Shown here piece by piece: positions 12,346 through 27,200 of a DNA stretch of 64,000 nt. Position 1 is the first letter of the stretch. Each line of letters begins with the position of its first letter. Source of the DNA: Octopus vulgaris (Eukaryota); assembly GCA_951406725.2 (NCBI GenBank), contig OX597815.1, forward strand, positions 59,458,001 to 59,522,000, in the 5' to 3' direction. Below the pieces are notes generated by a model that searched no databases, had not been told where the DNA came from, and was given only the letters and a program-made list of their open reading frames with translations. Position numbers and translations under genes: made by a program.

Positions 12346-12443
12346 GTTAATATATAAACACACACATACATCATATATATGTATGTGCGAGTTTATATGT
12401 ACATGGAGATATGTTTATATTACACATAACTGTGTGTGCGTAA

Positions 12444-12500
<57 letters not shown>

Positions 12501-12621
12501 TATTTAGCAGATGTAACAAGAGTGACTCAGGGTCTGAGAGTTTTGTGCATTGGCAGTGCCAACACATAAAACTTTCAGACCATGTTACTTCTGTTAAATA
12601 TTGATAAAAATATGCATGTAC

Positions 12622-14500
12622 TCATATTTTGAGTTCTATTTTTCCTGTTTGCATCACCTTACCTGTATCATCAACATTCTCATCAACATTTAACGTCCAT
12701 TGTCCATGCTGGCATGGGTTGGACAATTTGACCAAAGCTGGCAAGTTTAGAGGCTGCACCAGTCTCCAGTCCAATCTGGCATGGTTTCTATGACTGGATG
12801 CCCTTCCTAATGCCAACCACTCCAGAAGTGTACTGGGTACTTTTATGTACCACCCACACAGGTACCAGTTGCATGACACCAGTATCTGTATATATGTGCG
12901 TGTGTGTGTATCTATACATATATATATATATGAGTTCAGGAATCTAATTTTCCCTAATCTGTCTAATTCTTCATTGACATGTTTTATCGCAGCAAAAGGT
13001 ACTGTTCTTTTTGCTTTAAACACTAGTATTGCGTTTTCCTTAATTTGGAAACATGCCTCAGTCTTAGTACACAAATCTAATTTATCTGACAACACTTCAG
13101 GAAAAGCATTTTTCTGACACCTTATTCTTACTGGAGGAACAATCATTTATGTTTTTACAGAACAGATTTATGGGGAGGTCCCATAAATCAAACAACTTTA
13201 TCCAGTCAGTACTGAACAAGTTTCTTGCATTTTTTTAGCACAAACACTTTTGCTTTACAGGTTGCAATGTTGCTTACCATTTCGCCTAAGAAGTGTAATC
13301 TTTCACCTGTGACACCTTGTGCTCTTTTCAATGTTTTCTTTAATGTAGATGTAGGTTTCCCAATTTTCTTCCACATGTTGGTATCAATAATTGTAATGTT
13401 GCTACCTGTGTCTAGTTGTAGTTTCACATTTGCATCGTTTATTTTTACATGCACATACTTTCTTTTTTGGGTGTTGTCATGACTTTCTGTTGAGCAAACC
13501 TTTTTCGAAGAATTTTTTCCCTGTTTTTTGCTTCAGCTTCTATGTCCAATTTTTTGACAACTAAAACATTTCGAAGTTTTAAATGGACAGTCTTTCTTAA
13601 AATGCAGACCTCCACATCCATAGAATGGTTTTGGTCATAATATTCTTTTTTTCTTTATTTTTAGTCAACATGTACTTGAGAGAAATTTTTTCTTCAATTG
13701 CCTTTACATTGTGTTGCAAGTTGATAATTCTTTGATATTCCTCTGCTACTGCCTGCAGGGTTAAATTCTGGTTCTCCTGTTTTAGTTTTGTAAGAATCCA
13801 TGCACATATTTCTGCATCTTTGTTTTCCTTCAAACCTTGCACAAAAATGAGGCATTTAAACATGTCAGGAGATAATTCCTTCAGTTTAAGTTTTTCACAC
13901 ATTCTACTTATGATTCTGGCATAACTGACAAAGTCTTTGTCCTCTTTTTTTACTAAGTTCAAACATTCCCAGCAAGGGTTAAACAGGGACTCTTATTGGT
14001 GAACATTTTGGATAGTATTTCAATTGTTTCCTTGAAACAAATTTCACTTGTTTTTTTAGGCAAGATAAAATTGCAGTATTTTTCATATTCTGAAGGACTT
14101 AGTTTCCATAACAGTAATCTCACTTTTTTATCATCTGTCCAACACTTGCATTCTTCCTTGAAGATATCTTCATATCTTCTGAGGTATGCCAAAAAAGCTA
14201 TACCCTCTTCTGGGTTATAACTAAATTCAGTTATAGCATTTGCTATGCCCTTTAGGGAAAACAAACTTGCAGAGTTTCCCTACTTCTATATTAATTCCAG
14301 CAACAGCTGTTTGACTCTTAGGTACTGTTGTTTGACTCTCGAGTACTGTTGTTCAACTCTTTCTGCTGTTCTGTTGCTACAACAGCTATTTGCTTTTGCA
14401 ACTGTAGTATGCCAGTTAATACATCTCCCATAATTAATGAACTTGTTTCTATCAGAAAAAATTGTTAATGGCCAATGTAAGCTTCAAATCACTCATTGCT
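12622..14500 (-). mobile_element. Gypsy LTR retrotransposon relic (gag, CCHC knuckle, protease, start of pol), interrupted by a SINE tail at ~12665-12885
   Basis: ORF pieces FSYNPEEGIAF..RRYEDIF, FKCLIFVQGL, LQLDTGSNITII (aspartic protease) and FKAKRTVPFAA..VNEELDRL; many frameshifts. Confidence 0.85.
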
Positions 14501-14719
14501 AATTGTTGTGGCATAGATATTCATGTCACAATTGTTGCTGGAGGGGATTGAGTTGGATGCAGTGGATATCAATTAGGTGAGAGAAGTGAAAGAAGGAAAT
14601 AGGAGTGGGTCAGGTACACTAGTAAGGATACAATGTGAAAGTGAAGGGGAATAAATTTACATACTGCAGAAAATTGACGGAGGTATGAGTGCTAGATGAA
14701 TTGTTGAGAAAGGTTTGAG

Positions 14720-15960
14720 AGGACTCGTTTTTGCTGAGATTGACAGGTCTTCTCAAGCACATTTGTCTTGGTCCTCTGTCATTTTTTCCTAGAGGTTCAA
14801 TATTTTCAGGTCAGTCTTCATTATTTTATCCCGTGTCTTCTTGGGTTTCCCTCTTCCACAAGTTCCTTTGACATTTAGCAATCAGTATTTGTTTATACAG
14901 CTGTACTCATCCATCTGCATCACATGACCATACCAGCAGTCTTCTCTCCTGCACACCACATCTGATGCCTCATATATCCAATTTTTTCTCTCAGCACATT
15001 TGTACTTTCCTATACATACAAACAGTGAAACATGCCAGTATCATTTCTTTCTAGTTTTCACATGTCCTCTGCATTCACTACCCATGTTTCACAACCACAT
15101 AGTATTACTGTTCATATTCAGGCATCATAAGCTGTCTTTCACTCTGAGAGAGAGGCCTTTTGTTACCAAGAGGGGTAGTAGTTCTATGAACTTTCTTTAA
15201 CCAGTTCTATTCTAGCAACTATGCTTTCAGCATTACCCCCACCACTATTTAGGTCACCGAAACACCAAAATATCTTCTATTAAGTAACCTCTTGGGTATC
15301 CCAGAAATCTATGAGGTGCATTCCAGAATTTTTGTGACTTTTTTTAGGAGAAGCAGTTATAACTGTTCTAGATTATTGTCATTTTAGTATATCATTACTA
15401 TACATTTAATAAGCTAACTTGACCAGATTGAAGGAATCAGGTGTAAATTTGAACACACCCTTCTAAACACTGCTTGTCACAGCTGACTAGTTTGAAGAAT
15501 GCTGTTGGGATGCAAAGACAATCTGAAAGCTTGCTATGCAAAAGTTATGTGTTAAACTGGGTAAAAATGTTACAGAAATTTATGAAATGCTTCAAACTGC
15601 TTATATAATTGTTCTGCATCTCTTACATGTCCACAGTTTGAACTATGTACAATATGGAATTTCTGCAAATACCTATTCTGCATTCAGGGTCATTTACCGA
15701 AAGGAATTAGCTTCCTGTTTACTGATAACCAGGACTATAGTCTTTGATAAGTTAACTTAAGGCTCTTTGATTCAAGGTTTTGCTTTCACACCTGGAATTT
15801 CATTCTACTACAGTCTTAGCTATAAGAATAAGGTCATCAGCAAAGAGTACTTGGAGAGTTATGATAAATTGCAATGGATAGATAACTGAACCCTGATGAA
15901 GTCTTGCTTACACACTAAACTCATCATTGTTCTCATAGCTAATCCTCACCTCATTGCAGC
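14720..15960 (-). mobile_element. RTE-type LINE fragments, split by a mariner fragment at ~15315-15610
   Basis: Reverse strand resembles the RTE C-terminus (W.GHV..M..., RGKPKKT) like 33440-34060; inserted MQKLCVKLGKNVTEIYEMLQTAY is a mariner N-terminus. Confidence 0.6.
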
Positions 15961-16738
15961 CTCTTTTTACATGACATGAACAGCTCTCACCAGTCATTCG
16001 TTTACTCCTATCTTTCACAGCAACTACCAGATGATGGAGCAAGACTAGAAGCACTATTGGCCATAAATTTCCTAAATAACATAATTGTAAAAACAAATTT
16101 CTATGTCCTCTGAGTAATTCATGCTTAACTAAAAATATTATTTATAAATGTGATGTAATAACCACCTGAACAATTTCACCAATATCATTTCCACTTCTTG
16201 CAAATTCAGGCAGAGATTATATAATCATTCTTATTCTTTCAATAATCCTAATAAGGCCAAGGTTATTTCACTTGCAGAAAAAATTAGGGAATTAAAAGAC
16301 AAAAGAATTAAATTCCATATTACCTGGAGCATAATAAAACATGAATTATCCTACTCAAATGATAGCTATGGCTGCACACTTTGTTGTGCTGAATAGTGGG
16401 AGATATTTAAATGTTCAGGTAATATCCTTAATAAGTCTAATAAACTTAGAGTGAAATGCTTGGATTATATTAGAAACACATGTCTATATATTATCTAATT
16501 CACTTTGAACAATATTTCTTAACTCCTATTTATTTATACTCTCTAACATAGTTAAGTATATTATTTAAGGCTTAAGTATTGTTTGAGTAATATGTTATAT
16601 TATGTCATCAGCCTCATGGTTATGCATTCTTATTGTATTTGTTTGCAACATTTATGTTCTATAAATAGTGAAATATTTGATTGCCCAGTGTATGACCTGC
16701 AAACTCTTCATCTATGATTTCTTATATTTATTTCTTAA

Positions 16739-17554
16739 TACGTGGTCTGATCAATAAGTATCCGGACTGTTGCCATAATATCAAAGCTAAAGCACGCAGA
16801 ATGAAGCCACTTGACACAGATTGACATTGAACTCTGCTACACATGTGCACTATGTTTCAACAGTAGAAGCTTACTTCTGCTGTTTACAGCAGTGCTTGAA
16901 AGGAAGGTGTGTAGTGTGTGATTGTTGCATTGACCATTACAGAGAAAGTTGGGCAGAGAATCTGCATCAAATTTTGGCCTATGCAAAGTTTTCAAAAAAT
17001 TTTCAATCAAGGAGATCTTGTACAATGAAACCTGAGTGTCTCTTTAGTCAGCTGAAAGCAGTTTTGGCACATCCTTGGCAAACACATGTCTCATACTCAA
17101 ATCTTCAGTGATAATGGACTGAACTGAACTGTAACTAATCTGCACATCTTCTGATGTGCAGATTAGTTACAGATGGTGATCTGACAATTTCCCCTCACAA
17201 CTGCACACACATCTGCAATATTTTTTCTCAGTTCTGCTGGTTGCAGGTTTCCCAGAACGTTTGTCAGTATCAACATTTTTTCAGCCATCTTGGGAACATC
17301 TAAATCACTCATACACTTGTGTGCAGCTCATACACTCCTCTCCATACACTTTCTGCAACTTTGCATAGGCCTCTGTGCAGGTATCGCCATGACAACTTTC
17401 TCTGTCATGGTCAATTCAACAATCACACACTACATACCTTCCTTCCATGCACTGCTATAAACAGCAGAAGTGAGCTTGAATGTTAAAACTTAGTGTGCGT
17501 GCTTTAGTTTCGTTACTATGGCAGCAGCCCGGATATTTATTGATAAGACCTCAT
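16739..17554. mobile_element. Non-autonomous mariner derivative made of two inverted left ends
   Basis: Starts tacgtggtctgatcaataagtatccggactgttgccata and ends with the reverse complement (tatggcagcagcccggatatttattgataagacctcata); transposase 5' fragment on the - strand; similar element at 34975-35716. Confidence 0.8.
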
Positions 17555-18924
17555 ATCATTATTTAGTTTATATTTCTGTATTTTATATAACTATATAAAT
17601 GTGGGGCTGTGTGCATATATATGTATGTGTGTATGTATGTCTGTGTGTATATATATATGGGTGTGTGTGCATATGTGTACATACAGGTGTGTATGATTGG
17701 GTATGTCTGTACATGTGTGTATGTACTAGCATAAAATGGTGATGACAGTTTTATGTCTTTATCCTACCCCAAGGTCTGCTTACTTTGTCGCATTTAACTG
17801 ACAAGATATCTTCCTAGTTTTAATGACCTTAACATCATATCTTAGCCACAACTTATCTTTTTCATGCACTCATTCACAGCAGGTTGTAGCTATAAACTAA
17901 TTATGATAACTGCTTGAAATAACGGAGTGTTTGATCTATTTGCTCCTCACATGCGTATTATATGTCTGATTCCTCTATAAATTTGAATGTTCTTTTTCAG
18001 AACATCTCTTATTTAATGTGTTGTTTGTTGTGTATATTATCATCAAGGTCTTACCTTGCTTACTCATTTATACCTCTTTAACATTGTACCTGGCAATGGT
18101 GGATTTATGCTATGATGTAATCTATTAATATATCAATATAATTCTGCTGAAACAGCTGTTGTAAAATTTAAACCCCATTTGTGGTCTTTCTATATATAAG
18201 GAGGTATTAAATACAAGATTGATTCTCGATTTGTTGAAACTTTTCTGCTACTGTAGATAGGAGAAAAATTGTTTGGTGGCAGTTGGAACCATCTTCAAAT
18301 TGAAGAGATAATCTCAAGAATCAAGTATTTTCCAAAATTGACAAGCAGTTAAGGAAAAAACAGCCTAATTGTAGAAAGACAAGAGGATAGCTGTAGACAT
18401 GTGTTTCTAGATCAATAGATATTTTCTGCATGTGAGTTGTCTGACTTTATTTCCAGCATATGAGACACTTAGACATATACAAGAGTCAAACACATTTATG
18501 GCTGAGGTAATTCACATAAATAGAATGAAAATGAATAAAGAGAAATAACTCAGATTGGCCAGTGATATGTATTTAAGCAGCAATGACAAATACAGGTATA
18601 TCAAATTCTATACAAGATAGACATGTGCAAAAAGGAATAGAGCACATAACTGGCTTAGTTAATTTGCTTTTAAGAAAGAATCTATCTTGTTGCCTCTTAA
18701 CAACCAGACTGTCTTTTCCTTAATGACATGCTAGTATTGGAGAATTCTTAATTCTTGAGATTATTTTCTCTTCTCAATTGTAGTTGGTCCCAATTGAGAA
18801 TTGATATTGTATGATATTTAATCATACTGTAAGCACATTACTCCCCTTGACAGCAGGTTAAATAAGCTGGCAATATAGAGGGCATTATGCAACATTAAGA
18901 TTCAGACATGTGACCTCTTCCTTC

Positions 18925-21900
18925 TTTTCTTCACTGACACGCAAGCTGTGAGGAAACAACTTGACTGGCTCTTTCTTATGCCAGTTTGCAGATTGGAGCA
19001 GAGCACAGAAGACTATAACCTTTACCATCAACCATTCTATTTATCATTCCATTGTGAATATATGTGTGGCCACAATAAACGTGTTTAAAGTTACATGTTC
19101 TTCATCCAGGTTTACTACCAGCGAGATTGCAGCCTTCTGAGAGTCATATTAGGTGGCTCAACAATGGCCTACACCATCTAAAATGGTGACCATCCAGTTA
19201 TAATGGTCACCCAAAGCGGAACAGAACTATACTTCTAAAATGGTGAACACCAGGTGAATACAGACCAGTGAATACATATTCCCTTTTCTCCTTTGCGACT
19301 CTGGCTATGCAACCAAATCACTTCTTGACATATAGGAACACCACTGATGTCACTTGTCACCAGGAAAATTTTTGGCACCATTTTCAGGCGGGAAACTGCA
19401 AATCATTTTACTAGGGTTGTTACCGAAATTACAACTTGGTTCTTTGCACAGACAGTGTCCCAGAAGAATATTCTTCTTGTGTGTAGAGAAAAAATACAAT
19501 GCAAATATGTACAAGGCAAAAAATTATCCGGAATTTTCTCCATGGTTCATGTGGACTGAAAATTTTCCTACGTGCCAGGTATGAGTTTCTTTCTCTCAAC
19601 CACCTGGATTATCCATACGTTGGCCATAATTGGTTCCTTATCAATTAGCAAAGATTTCTTCTATTTTCATCTTCATTTTCCTATCTTTTTGCTCGTTGTG
19701 TCTTCTTCCAACTTGGGTGTTTTGGCTGCCATTTCTAACAGCAGTTCTTCAACCAGTTGTTCTTCATGCCATTCCATTTTCCTATTATCATCCAAGATTT
19801 TCCTTTGCCCCAATATCATGGAGATGCTAAGATGTGGTTTTCACAACTGGAATTGTTCTTCATTTCTTCTAATATTAGTTGGCCCAGAGCAAACTCTTCA
19901 TCGCTCTTACAAGCATTCCTTCTCCCTTTTCACTTTCACTTCCTTCTAAAGTGGAAGCCATCAAACGCTTGTCTCTTCCTGTTTCTTTAAAACAGCTCAG
20001 AAATTTTATCGGTTTAATTAATTATTATCATTGTTTCATTCCTAACTGTGCGGAGAAGTTGCTTCCCTTGACCCAGCACTTGAAAGATCAGCAAAAGAAA
20101 GATGCCCAGATAACACTGTCTCCTACAGCCATCCACGCTTTTGAATCTGTCAAAGCTGACCTTGCTCAAGCATTCTTCCTTGCTCATCCTGTTCTGGATG
20201 CAAAATTATCACTTACTGTTGATGCATCATCATCTGCTACAGGTGCAGTTTTAGAGCAGTCTGTAAACAGCCAAAGCCAGCCATTAGCCTTCTTCTCACG
20301 CCAGCTGAAAAATGCTGAACTAATATATAGTGTATTTGGTAAAGAACTCTTAGTAATTTACCTGGTGATGAAGTATTTCTCTTATCTTTTCAAAGGTAGA
20401 GATTTCATGATATTCACTGACCACAAACCGCTAATGTTTGCTCGCTTTGCATAAATGGACCGGTACTTGCCCAGAGAAACGAAGCAATTGGACTATATAT
20501 CACAGTTCACTAGTGACATTCGCCACATCGCTGGCACTGACAACATCTCCGCTGACTCTTTATCTTGCCTGCTTATCGGTGCATTGCCATCTCCTGCTTT
20601 GATTGATTTCGTTGCTATGGCTACTGACCAACCCTCTTTGGACTCTCTGGACATCTCTTCACCACAATTTTCCTGCTGTAAGTTTGAACACCTGCCTCCT
20701 CCTTTTTCTGAAGGAACCATCCTCTGTGATGTTTCTACTGGGTCACCACAACGCTTCATTCCTGAATGTCACTATTGTGCTGTTTTTGAAGCACTGCATT
20801 CACTGTCACACCTCGGCATTGCAGCCACAGTAAAGCTTATCTTGACCCACTTTTTCTGGCCAAATATGCGGCGGTCTATTACTGCTTGGTCACATGTTTG
20901 TCTACCATGTCAGCATTCCAAGGTGCATCGTCACATGAGAGCACCTCTTGGACACTTCCAGCCGCCAGACACCAGGTCCCATCACATACACATCGACGTG
21001 GTTGGCCCTTGGCCAGTCAGTTGCAGATAGGTAGACATCTCACTTTGAAGTACCCTCTAGAATTACTACTGATTGTGGATGCCAGTTTGAAGCTTGTCTG
21101 TTCCGTGAACTTTCAAGATTGCTTGGAGTTCAGCACACCACAAGTTACCCTTCCACCATGAATGGTATGGTGGAAAGATTCCACCAACAGCTCAAAGCCA
21201 CTATTCGCATGGTTCCTGACCCTCATCATTGATCCAAATTAATCCTCACTGTTCTGCTTGGGGGCCACTCAGCTGTTAAGGAGGATTTAGGCTACACCTT
21301 TGCTGAGCTCCTGTATGGCACCACCTTAGCACTTCCTGGCAAAATGTTGGCACTTGTCAACTTACCGAATGCAGACCCCACATCTTATGTCACACAACTC
21401 AGGTCATTCTTTGCTGACCTGCCACCAATGCTTCCTCATGACCAGTCTATTTCCTCTGCAGAACCTCTGGATATTTCTACCTAGACTCGTGTTTATAAGA
21501 AATGACACTGTCAAGGAGCCACTCACTCCTCCCTACACTGGACCTTATCATGTTCTTAAAAGCACACCAAACTGTTCACTGTTGACATTCACAGAAAAAA
21601 AGGAGACAACAGAGTAAAAAAAGCCTTTTCCGAAACATTTATGCCACTTGCTGACACACCCATCATTCCACAAACACTGTCACCCCCACTTCCACTCTTT
21701 TCTGCACTGACACACAAGCTGTGAGGACACAACTTCACTGGCTCTTTCTTATGCCACAGACCAGTTTGCAGATAGGAGCAGAGCACAGAAGACCATGGCC
21801 TTTACCATCAACCATTCTATTTATCATTCTATTGTGTATATACGTGTGGCCACAGTAAACATGTTTAAAGTTACAACCTTGTTTGTATATGTTCTTCATC

Positions 21901-21975
21901 CAGGTTTACTACCAGTGAGATTGCAGTCTTCTGAGTTATATTAGTTGGCTCAACAACGACCTACACCATCTAAAA
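18925..21975 (+). mobile_element. Decayed Gypsy LTR retrotransposon (RT end, RNase H, integrase)
   Basis: Direct repeats ~18925-19182 and ~21697-21975; PBS-like tggtgacc at 19183; LRNFIGLINYY, LTVDASSSATGAVL, FTDHKPL, H-H-C-C integrase zinc motif, HIDVVGP; stops and deletions. Confidence 0.88.
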
Positions 21976-22526
21976 TACCCTCTTTTGCCTTCTCTATGTT
22001 GTGATGGCTTCTGACTAAGGCACTAGAGAGAAAATTTAATATCTTCCTGCAAAGATGCTTGCATGAGATACAACACATTTTGTACAGAGACTATGTCACC
22101 AGCTAGATAGTACTAAGAAGATCGGGGTTCTTATGCATGTAATGTCAGCCAGTGGCCAGCAAGAGGATGAAGTAGCCTGGATTTGTGATCAAGCTGGATA
22201 CACCCCTGACTTCTATACCAGTGTCTTTAATAGTCTTTGCAGGGTCCCAGTGAGAAAGGATGTCTGAAGAAGAAATGGCTGACCGTAATGAAAGATCTTA
22301 TGAGTGATGGCAAGAACTGGGATGAGGCTTAGAGCTGACACTTGATAGAGGTGGCAGGAAGGCTCTGGTAGCCTCATGTTATTTGAACAGCAGGACCTAA
22401 GTAACTATGTGCCTTGATTGTTCAGATGCATGCTATGGGCCATGCTGAGTTATTTCTCTTTTTCTTTCAGTCCACTTTCATTTTACTTATACACACACAC
22501 ACACTCTCTCTCTTTCTCTCTCTCAG

Positions 22527-22557
<31 letters not shown>

Positions 22558-23872
22558 ACCTTAGCCCTGGAAGATATTACATGGAACAACCATCTGATCA
22601 TATGCTATAACACCCCAACAAGGATTCTGTTCTGACAAATAGGTAAGACACAAAGATACTATGCTATTTTTATAAAACTCTATGCCATACCTTGTAGTGT
22701 CATGAAATTTCAACACCCTCCAGTTGCTCCTATGGACTTGTACAGAGGCAGCTTTTTATCCTGCTAACTTCATTGCCACTATGGACACTCTGATACCCGA
22801 GTCTGATTGCCAAACCTCTGATAACCCATTGGAAGGCATTCTAGGCTATCTCTCGAAAGAACTCCCTACAAGGCTGTCTCTATGGACTACAATGGAGACA
22901 ATCTTATACCCAGTGATCCCTTCTGTTACTAGTAGCTAAACTTTTTCGGCATCAAGCTTAGCATGTTGGCATATGTGATGTAAGAATAAAGACCTATGCA
23001 AGGTGAGGGATTCTTTAGCACAATCAGGTGCTGGTGATGTGATAGAAAGCAACATTCCAGTTGTGTGAGAGAATAAAAAGAAGTAACTAGTGCCTTCAAC
23101 ATAGAGAAGAGGGAACTATCTTCAGCCTTATTGAGGAATCAACAGAACCTTTCTGGTGCCAATGAATAAACAAATGGACATAACACAGATTAGAGAGGAC
23201 TATTTAGTTAAACAATACAATGTCTCTATCATGATACATTTCACCAAGTACACACTCTTACATGGTTGGTGATAGGAAAGACATTCAGCCATAGAAACCA
23301 TCCTAAAGAATTAGAATGTAGAAAGTAGACATGGTCTTTAATTTGTTAAGGAGAGCAGACCTAACTTAAGATTATAACAACTCACCCAACCTATGTCAGC
23401 CAACCTTGGAAAAATGAGCATAAAAATTATGATAATGATGGTGAGGAAAAACAGTTATCCAGCTGTTCAACAAGATCACAGATATCCATTTTTATTGACA
23501 TTCAAAATGTCGCACAGTGAAAATCCTTGACAGGACAATATTGTATCATATTTTAAGAAATTCCCACTATTTGTCTGAGTAACAGGCAAACACAAATTAC
23601 ATAATTTATTTCAGGTTATTGTTTAAATTTCAACCAATTGGAGATTGTAATCTAAAACTATTTAATGTATATAACGCAGTATCCAGTCCTTGTTTATCAA
23701 TAAAAGCTTCTATAATTTTCCTTTGCTTTTTTCCTTTTTCTTTTTCTTTAATGCATTATTGTTGCAGTAATTATAGACTTAAACCTATTTTTAAAGATGG
23801 TAGCCTCTCCTCAAAAAAAATAGATTTGGGGCCAGTTTAAGGTTTAAAATTTTTTTTTGTTACTATTTTCAG

Positions 23873-23940
23873 TTGCTGTGGACCCACAACTTGTAAAATG
23901 GCTTAAGCAATGTCAGGTTGATGAAGATACCATTAAACAT
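23873..23940 (+). CDS. ASK-family MAP3K (MAP3K5/15-like) SAM-domain exon: (V)AVDPQLVKWLKQCQVDEDTIKH
   Basis: ttttcag acceptor and gtaagt donor; resembles ASK1 D.ELTDWLR..GADEDTISR; phase 1 in, phase 0 out. Confidence 0.8.
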
Positions 23941-24274
23941 GTAAGTAGACTTTGAGATTTGTAGTATAAAATAATTACTCTCTTTACTATGGTATCATAT
24001 ATGGTACCATCGGTATAATCTTATTGTAAAAGCAGCAAATCCACTTGCATAGAAAAAACGGTTACTTTGATTGGTTTCAGTTGTGAACAAAACAAATAAA
24101 CACACAATTATTGTACTTTTTTTACAACTCTATGCTAGAAGATGGGTAACACAGGTGTGCAGGTTTCCAGTAGATTTACAGAGGCCATACTTGTGGTCTT
24201 TGAAAAGGAACTCCAATCTTGGAGAAGGTGATTGTTCCTAAGATTTTCCAGGAGACCTAAAAAAGGATTAGCTA

Positions 24275-27200
24275 CTGCTTAAGAGGGGCACTAGTTTGTA
24301 GGTTGGTGCGATACACCAGACAAAGGTTAAGTGGCCAAAAGCAAATGACGCAGCAAGTTATGAAAAATTTGACGACGAGGTAGCAAGAATGACCACCAAA
24401 TTCAAAAGCGACGACGAACAAAAGCTCGAAAACCTGGCTAATACAATCTACCAAGAGGGAGAGAAAAGATTTGGACTGGAAACAACAGGGAAGGTAGACT
24501 CAACGGCAAAGAGCTGACCATCGAGGAGAGAAAGACGGATCGCAAAGATTCGAGAAGAGAAGAAAAAACTCAGAACCTGATGGAGGGATGCAAAGGAGGA
24601 GGAAAGAGAAGGGCTAAAGCAGCTATATGAAGAGAAAAAAAGAGGCATCGAGATCTGCTAAGAAAACAAAGAAGGAGGAGCAGAAGAAAGGAGAGAGAAA
24701 AAAACTATCGTAGCTTTGTGAACAATCCCTATCAATATGCGAAACATCTATTTACTGAAAGTAAAAGCGGAAAATTGGATTGCACGAAAGAAGAGCTCAA
24801 ACAACATCTGAAAGAGACATACTGACAGAAATGAAGTACTCCCAGAAATGCACAGACTGAAGAAACCACCTGAACCAAGAGTACCATTTGATTTGAGCGA
24901 CATCAAACGGAAAGAAATGGATGAATTCATAAGGAAAGCAAGAGCAAAAAGTGCACCAGGGAACGATGGAGTGAGCTACAAGGTATACAAATATTGCCCA
25001 AAATTACGTTTGCAGCTGTTTGCACTGATAAGAGAAATGTGGAAGAAGAAAGATGTAGCAGAGCGATGGTGTATAGCCGAAGGTATCTATCTACCTAAAG
25101 AAAAAGAGGCAAAAGCACTAGGCCAATTTAGACCGATTTCACTACTAAATACAGACGGGAAAATCATGTTCGGAATAATTGCTAGACGAATTATAAGATT
25201 CACACAGCATAACGGATACGTTAATGAAGCGATTCAAAAAGCAGGAATCCCCGGAATCCCTGGGTGCATAGAACACGCATTTATCATCTGGGAAGCCATC
25301 ACCTGTGCAAAACAAATGAAGGAAAACCTATATATTGTTTGGCTAGATCTTGCCAATGCTTATGGATCTGTTCCGCATGCAATAATAAAAACAGCGATGG
25401 ACTTCTTTTGGATTCCAAAAGATGTTCAACGAATGCTCATGTCGTACTACGACAACCTGAGGATGAGATTTACAGCAGAAAAGTTCACAACGGAGTGGCA
25501 ACGGCTTGAAATAGGTATTGCAGCCAGATGCACGATATCAGTCATCTTATTCGTGCTAGTCATGGAAATGCTACTCAGATCTACAAACTGTGAAAAAGCT
25601 GTTACAAAGACACCATTAAGGGCTTTTATGGACGATGTAACTATATTATCGGAAAGTAGAGAAGCAGCAGAGGGAACGTTAGAGCGGTTGGATGAACTGA
25701 TAGGATGGGCAAGGATGAAATTCAAAGCCAAAAAATCTCGAAGCGTGGCTTTTGTGAAAGGAAGGCAAAAAGAAGTGAAATTTAGGATAGGAAGTGAAGA
25801 CATACCAAATGAAAGAACAACCAGTAAAGAGTCTCGGCAGATGGTATAGAGATTTATTAAATGATAAGAAGCAGGGGAAAGAAACGCATGAGTTAGTAGA
25901 ACAAGGATTAAAGGCAATTGACCAAACAACGCTGCCGGGAAAATTCAAATGTTGGATACTGCAATTTGGGCTGTACCCAAGAATAATGTGGCCATTGCAA
26001 ATGTACGAAATAGCCTCAAGTAGAGTAGAAAGGATGGAGCAAAGATGCAGTGTGTTTATCAGAAAATGGCTTGGTCTGCCGAAACCACTAAATACAACTG
26101 CACTATATGGAAATCCTGTGCTGCAACTACCAATAATATCAATCGCCGAAGAATATAAGGCAGGAAAGGCAAGGACAGTAATGATGCTAAGGTATTCAAA
26201 AGATCAGAGCATCCTGGAAAACCCTCCTAAGGTACGAACAGGGAGGAAATGGAAGGCGGAAGAGGCAGTAAACAGGGCGATCGGAAAACTAAGGCACGCA
26301 AATATAGTCAGAGCGACGCAAAGAAGCTAGAACCGGCCTAGGGTCGCAAAACTTCAGGCCATTTTGCAAGAGCAGTGTAAAAGAGATGAAAGAGGCAGTG
26401 GTATATGAAGTGAGAAAGGAGGAAGAAGAAAGGCGAAATGTACATTTGGTGCAATGGAGTCAACAGGGACAGTGCCTGAGATGGGAGGAATATGTGATCA
26501 ACCGCAGAATATCATGGAAGGAACTTTGGGCTTGGGAACAAGCAAGAACATCCTTCCTGATCAAGTCTACCTTCGGCGTTCTACCCTCACCGGCGAATTT
26601 AGTCTGGTGGAACATAAAAACAACCGACGAGTGTAGATGCGGAGAGAAAGTGACGGTTAGACATGTTCTGTCAGGTTGCAGACTAGCACTTGAAAGATAT
26701 ACATGGCGGCATAATCAAGTCCTCGGCGTCATAAGCGCAGCACTCAAGGATCAGATCGAGAGGTACAATAGGGAAGAATACCCAAAAGTAGATAAGTGCA
26801 GGAGAGTATACTTCCACAAGGAGGGAAAAAGTTATAAAGCCAGGCCTACAAGTGAAGTATACGAGATAGACGAAAGATGGAAGGGATACTGGGAGGTGGC
26901 CACGGACTTGGAAAGACAAGTAATATTTCCACAACAAAAAGACCGGATTTAGTTCCTTGGAACAGAGACCGGAGAATGGGAATTTTACTAGAACTGACAG
27001 TACCTTGGGAAGAGAACATCGGCAATGCAGAGGAACGAAAGGAGAAGAGGTATGAAAAACTAATCGAAGAATGCAGAGAACAGGGATGGAATGTCGAATA
27101 TTATCACCTGGCAGTGGGAGCTAGAGGCTTCATTGAAAAGAAAATGACAACGCTTTTCAAAAGAAGATTTGTTTTTTCTAGCCCCAAGCTGCATAAACTA

